The notes under the pieces: generated by a model | Told to the model about the DNA's origin: nothing | Database searches by the model: none | The model's input: the letters and a program-made list of their open reading frames with translations, nothing else | From: Trueperaceae bacterium | Lineage (GTDB): Bacteria; Deinococcota; Deinococci; Deinococcales; Trueperaceae | Reading direction: 5' to 3' | Assembly: GCA_035703635.1 (NCBI GenBank) | Contig: DASSXV010000009.1 | Span: 1 to 36,833, forward strand | Length of the DNA: 36,833 nt | Made by a program: the position numbers and the translations under genes | Shown here: positions 34,873 through 36,833 of the stretch, piece by piece | How positions within the stretch are numbered: position 1 is the first letter of the stretch | Layout of the letters: every line of letters starts with the position of its first letter

Positions 34873-35883
34873 TCAGGTTGGCAGCGGGGCGTGAAGCTCG
34901 AACGTCTCGTCTGCCTTCGTTAGGCCGTCGACCAACAAGTGCAGGTAGACGAAGCCGGCGTACGGGGTCCACGGCGCGACGCGCTCAGCGACCCATTCGT
35001 AACTAGGTTTGCCCGGTTCACCGAGGAAGCGCGCCAGGCCGTTGCGTGCGCCAGAGTCCCCGTCCGGGTAGACGTCTAGGCGACCGAGGGCCCGGAGGAG
35101 CACGTACTCGGACGTCCAGCGCCCCACCCCGTAGAGGCCACGCAGGCGCTCCAACACCTCGCTGCTCGGCAGACGCCCGAGCGCCGCGAGGTCGAGGTTG
35201 CCGCTCGATACCTCCTTGGCGAGTTCGATGAGCGTGCGCGCCTTCGCCCGGCTGAAGCCCATGGCGCCGATCTCGTCCGGGTCGGCCTGCGCTAACGCCG
35301 CAGGCGACGGCAGGCCAAGCGGTCCAGAGTCCGCTAGCTCCGGCCTGCCAGCGAGTACAGGGCCGTAAGCGCGTGCCAGGCGCTCGAGAAGCTGAAGGCC
35401 GAAGGTCAGCGTGACCTGCTGGCACGGAACGGCGTTGACTAGCCCCTCGAACAGACCGGGGTAGCGCGGCGGCTTGAGGCCGCGCAGGCGGTGTGCGAGC
35501 GGGGCGAGGTGTTCGTCACCCTTGGCCATGGCGTAGAACGGGGTGAGGTCGAGGTCGAGCCCGAGGAGTTCGCGCGCTGCGCGTTCACCGCCCCCTTGCA
35601 AGTCGTGCTCGCTGGCATTGCCCGTGATCGTCAGCTGAACGGTGGCAGGATCGGCGCCGGCCGTTACCTCAAGTAGGAACGGCTCGGCGAGCGCGCCGCC
35701 AGAAGCGCTGGCTGGCATGACGCGGCGCAAGGTCGTGCCGTCCCACACGTCGATGTGGTTGTGGCGCCTCCGCTGCAGCGCCATGGCGGTCAGGTCGAGG
35801 CGAAAGGGCGCCACGGCGGTAAGTTCCGTCGTCATGGTGCGCAGAGAGTCGGTGGGTGTGGTGTTGGCGGCCGCTAGTGGCAA
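34873..35883 (-). CDS. alkA: DNA-3-methyladenine glycosylase II (AlkA, HhH-GPD)
   Basis: FEGLVNAVPCQQV, HhH LYGVGRWT and catalytic YPDGD. Start uncertain: TTG 35883 has GGAGGT 7 nt upstream; alternatives are TTG 35898 and ATG 35835. Confidence 0.85.
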   Translation of the reverse strand: MPLAAANTTPTDSLRTMTTELTAVAPFRLDLTAMALQRRRHNHIDVWDGTTLRRVMPASASGGALAEPFLLEVTAGADPATVQLTITGNASEHDLQGGGERAARELLGLDLDLTPFYAMAKGDEHLAPLAHRLRGLKPPRYPGLFEGLVNAVPCQQVTLTFGLQLLERLARAYGPVLAGRPELADSGPLGLPSPAALAQADPDEIGAMGFSRAKARTLIELAKEVSSGNLDLAALGRLPSSEVLERLRGLYGVGRWTSEYVLLRALGRLDVYPDGDSGARNGLARFLGEPGKPSYEWVAERVAPWTPYAGFVYLHLLVDGLTKADETFELHAPLPT

Positions 35884-36201
35884 TGCGCGCACCTCCAACC
35901 CGATGCTACGGCCCGAACGCGACCGTGGCTGTGGTCCGCGTGCTTAGGTGCTGATAGGCGACGGCGGCGTGGTGACGATTCGGCCCCCGCTCGCTCGGCC
36001 ACGCCGCGTCGTATGACCACGATTATGCCGCCAGGCCTGGCGCTGCCATGACCAGAGTCCAACCGCACGCCACGTTTCGCTCTTCCACCTCGACCAGTTG
36101 CCGCCCTGGTAACATCTCGCCAGTGCACCGGGCGCACAGAGCGGCCAGGACCCGTGCTACACGCATGCGGCCGACCCAGCGTCCACTGTGACGGAGGAAG
36201 C

Positions 36202-36833
36202 ATGCCTGACCCGTTCAACCAGCGCCTGAGCAGACGAGCCAAAGGGGCGACTTCCTCGGCGATAAGGGAGATCCTCAAAGTAGCTAACCGGCCAGACATC
36301 ATCTCGTTCGCCGGTGGGCTGCCGGCGCCCGAGTACTTCCCGATCGAGGCCATGCGTGCGGCCGCCGACCGCGTGCTCTCTACTAACGGGCGCGCTGTCC
36401 TGCAATACGCCGCAACCGAAGGGGTCCCTGAGTTGCGGGAGTTCATCGCGGCGCAGATCAACGCGAGCGAACCCCATGCACCCGTGACGGCAGACAACGT
36501 CATGCTCACCACCGGCTCGCAGCAGAGCCTCGACCTGGTGGCCAAGGTCCTGATCGACAGCGGCGACCGCATCGCCGTCGAGAACCCGTCCTACTTAGGG
36601 GCGCTGCAGGCGTTCAGGCTCTTCGAGGCCACCTACGACGCCGTGCAGATGGACGACGAGGGCGTAGACCCAGACGCGCTCCGTAGCGCCCTCGCGCGGC
36701 AACCCAAGTTCGGGTACCTCCTGCCGACTTTCCAGAACCCAACCGGCAAGACGATGAGCGCTGGGCGGCGTGCCGCCGTCGCGGAAGCGTTCACGGAGAA
36801 CGAAGTGCCCCTCCTCGAGGATGACCCTTACGG
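36202..36833 (+). CDS. PLP-dependent class I/II aminotransferase (LysN/2-aminoadipate aminotransferase-like), truncated at the window end
   Basis: Not in the ORF track. ATG 36202 after GGAGGA translates MPDPFNQRLSRRAKGATSSAIREILK...ISFAGGLP...LQY...TTGSQQSLDL...ENPSYLGALQAF...PTFQNPTG...EDDPY. Confidence 0.9.
   Translation, partial: MPDPFNQRLSRRAKGATSSAIREILKVANRPDIISFAGGLPAPEYFPIEAMRAAADRVLSTNGRAVLQYAATEGVPELREFIAAQINASEPHAPVTADNVMLTTGSQQSLDLVAKVLIDSGDRIAVENPSYLGALQAFRLFEATYDAVQMDDEGVDPDALRSALARQPKFGYLLPTFQNPTGKTMSAGRRAAVAEAFTENEVPLLEDDPY

Noticed and set aside
36013-36191. Short ORFs MTTIMPPGLALP and a following 47-codon ORF as attenuator leader peptides
   Set aside because: No SD, no run of regulatory codons such as Lys, and no terminator/antiterminator pair before the aminotransferase.
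1-36833. Mobile elements, prophage, CRISPR array, rRNA or tRNA
   Set aside because: No transposase, integrase or phage genes, no regularly spaced repeats, and no RNA-gene signatures were seen by eye.

Overview
High-GC bacterial chromosomal window. Many TANNNT-5/6 nt-start leaderless promoters and the gene content suggest Deinococcota, possibly Trueperaceae; this is inference, not a search result. The first ~17.5 kb is a catabolic region. It opens with a family-5 (Dpp/Opp-type) ABC importer co-oriented with two cytoplasmic Cys-type sulfatases, a cupin and an ANKH/MATE-like membrane protein. A PA0069/SplB-like radical SAM gene follows, then a FadR-controlled divergon (NTF2/SnoaL-like protein and RraA-like aldolase on one side, uronate-dehydrogenase-like SDR and enolase-superfamily dehydratase on the other), then uxuA-eda-kdgK. 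The rest is housekeeping, stress and DNA-repair genes: MscS channel, HerA/DUF87-like ATPase, polA with intact proofreading motifs, secreted TPR protein, surE, dinB next to a DEDDh exonuclease, lipoprotein, CBS protein, FAD oxidoreductase with a Crp/Fnr regulator, HU, TetR, HpcH aldolase, SIMPL protein, alkA and a truncated LysN-like aminotransferase. No transposase, integrase, CRISPR array, tRNA or rRNA was seen. The best leads are a putative import-desulfate-oxidise pathway for sulfated uronic acids and two unannotated structured-RNA candidates flanking hup.
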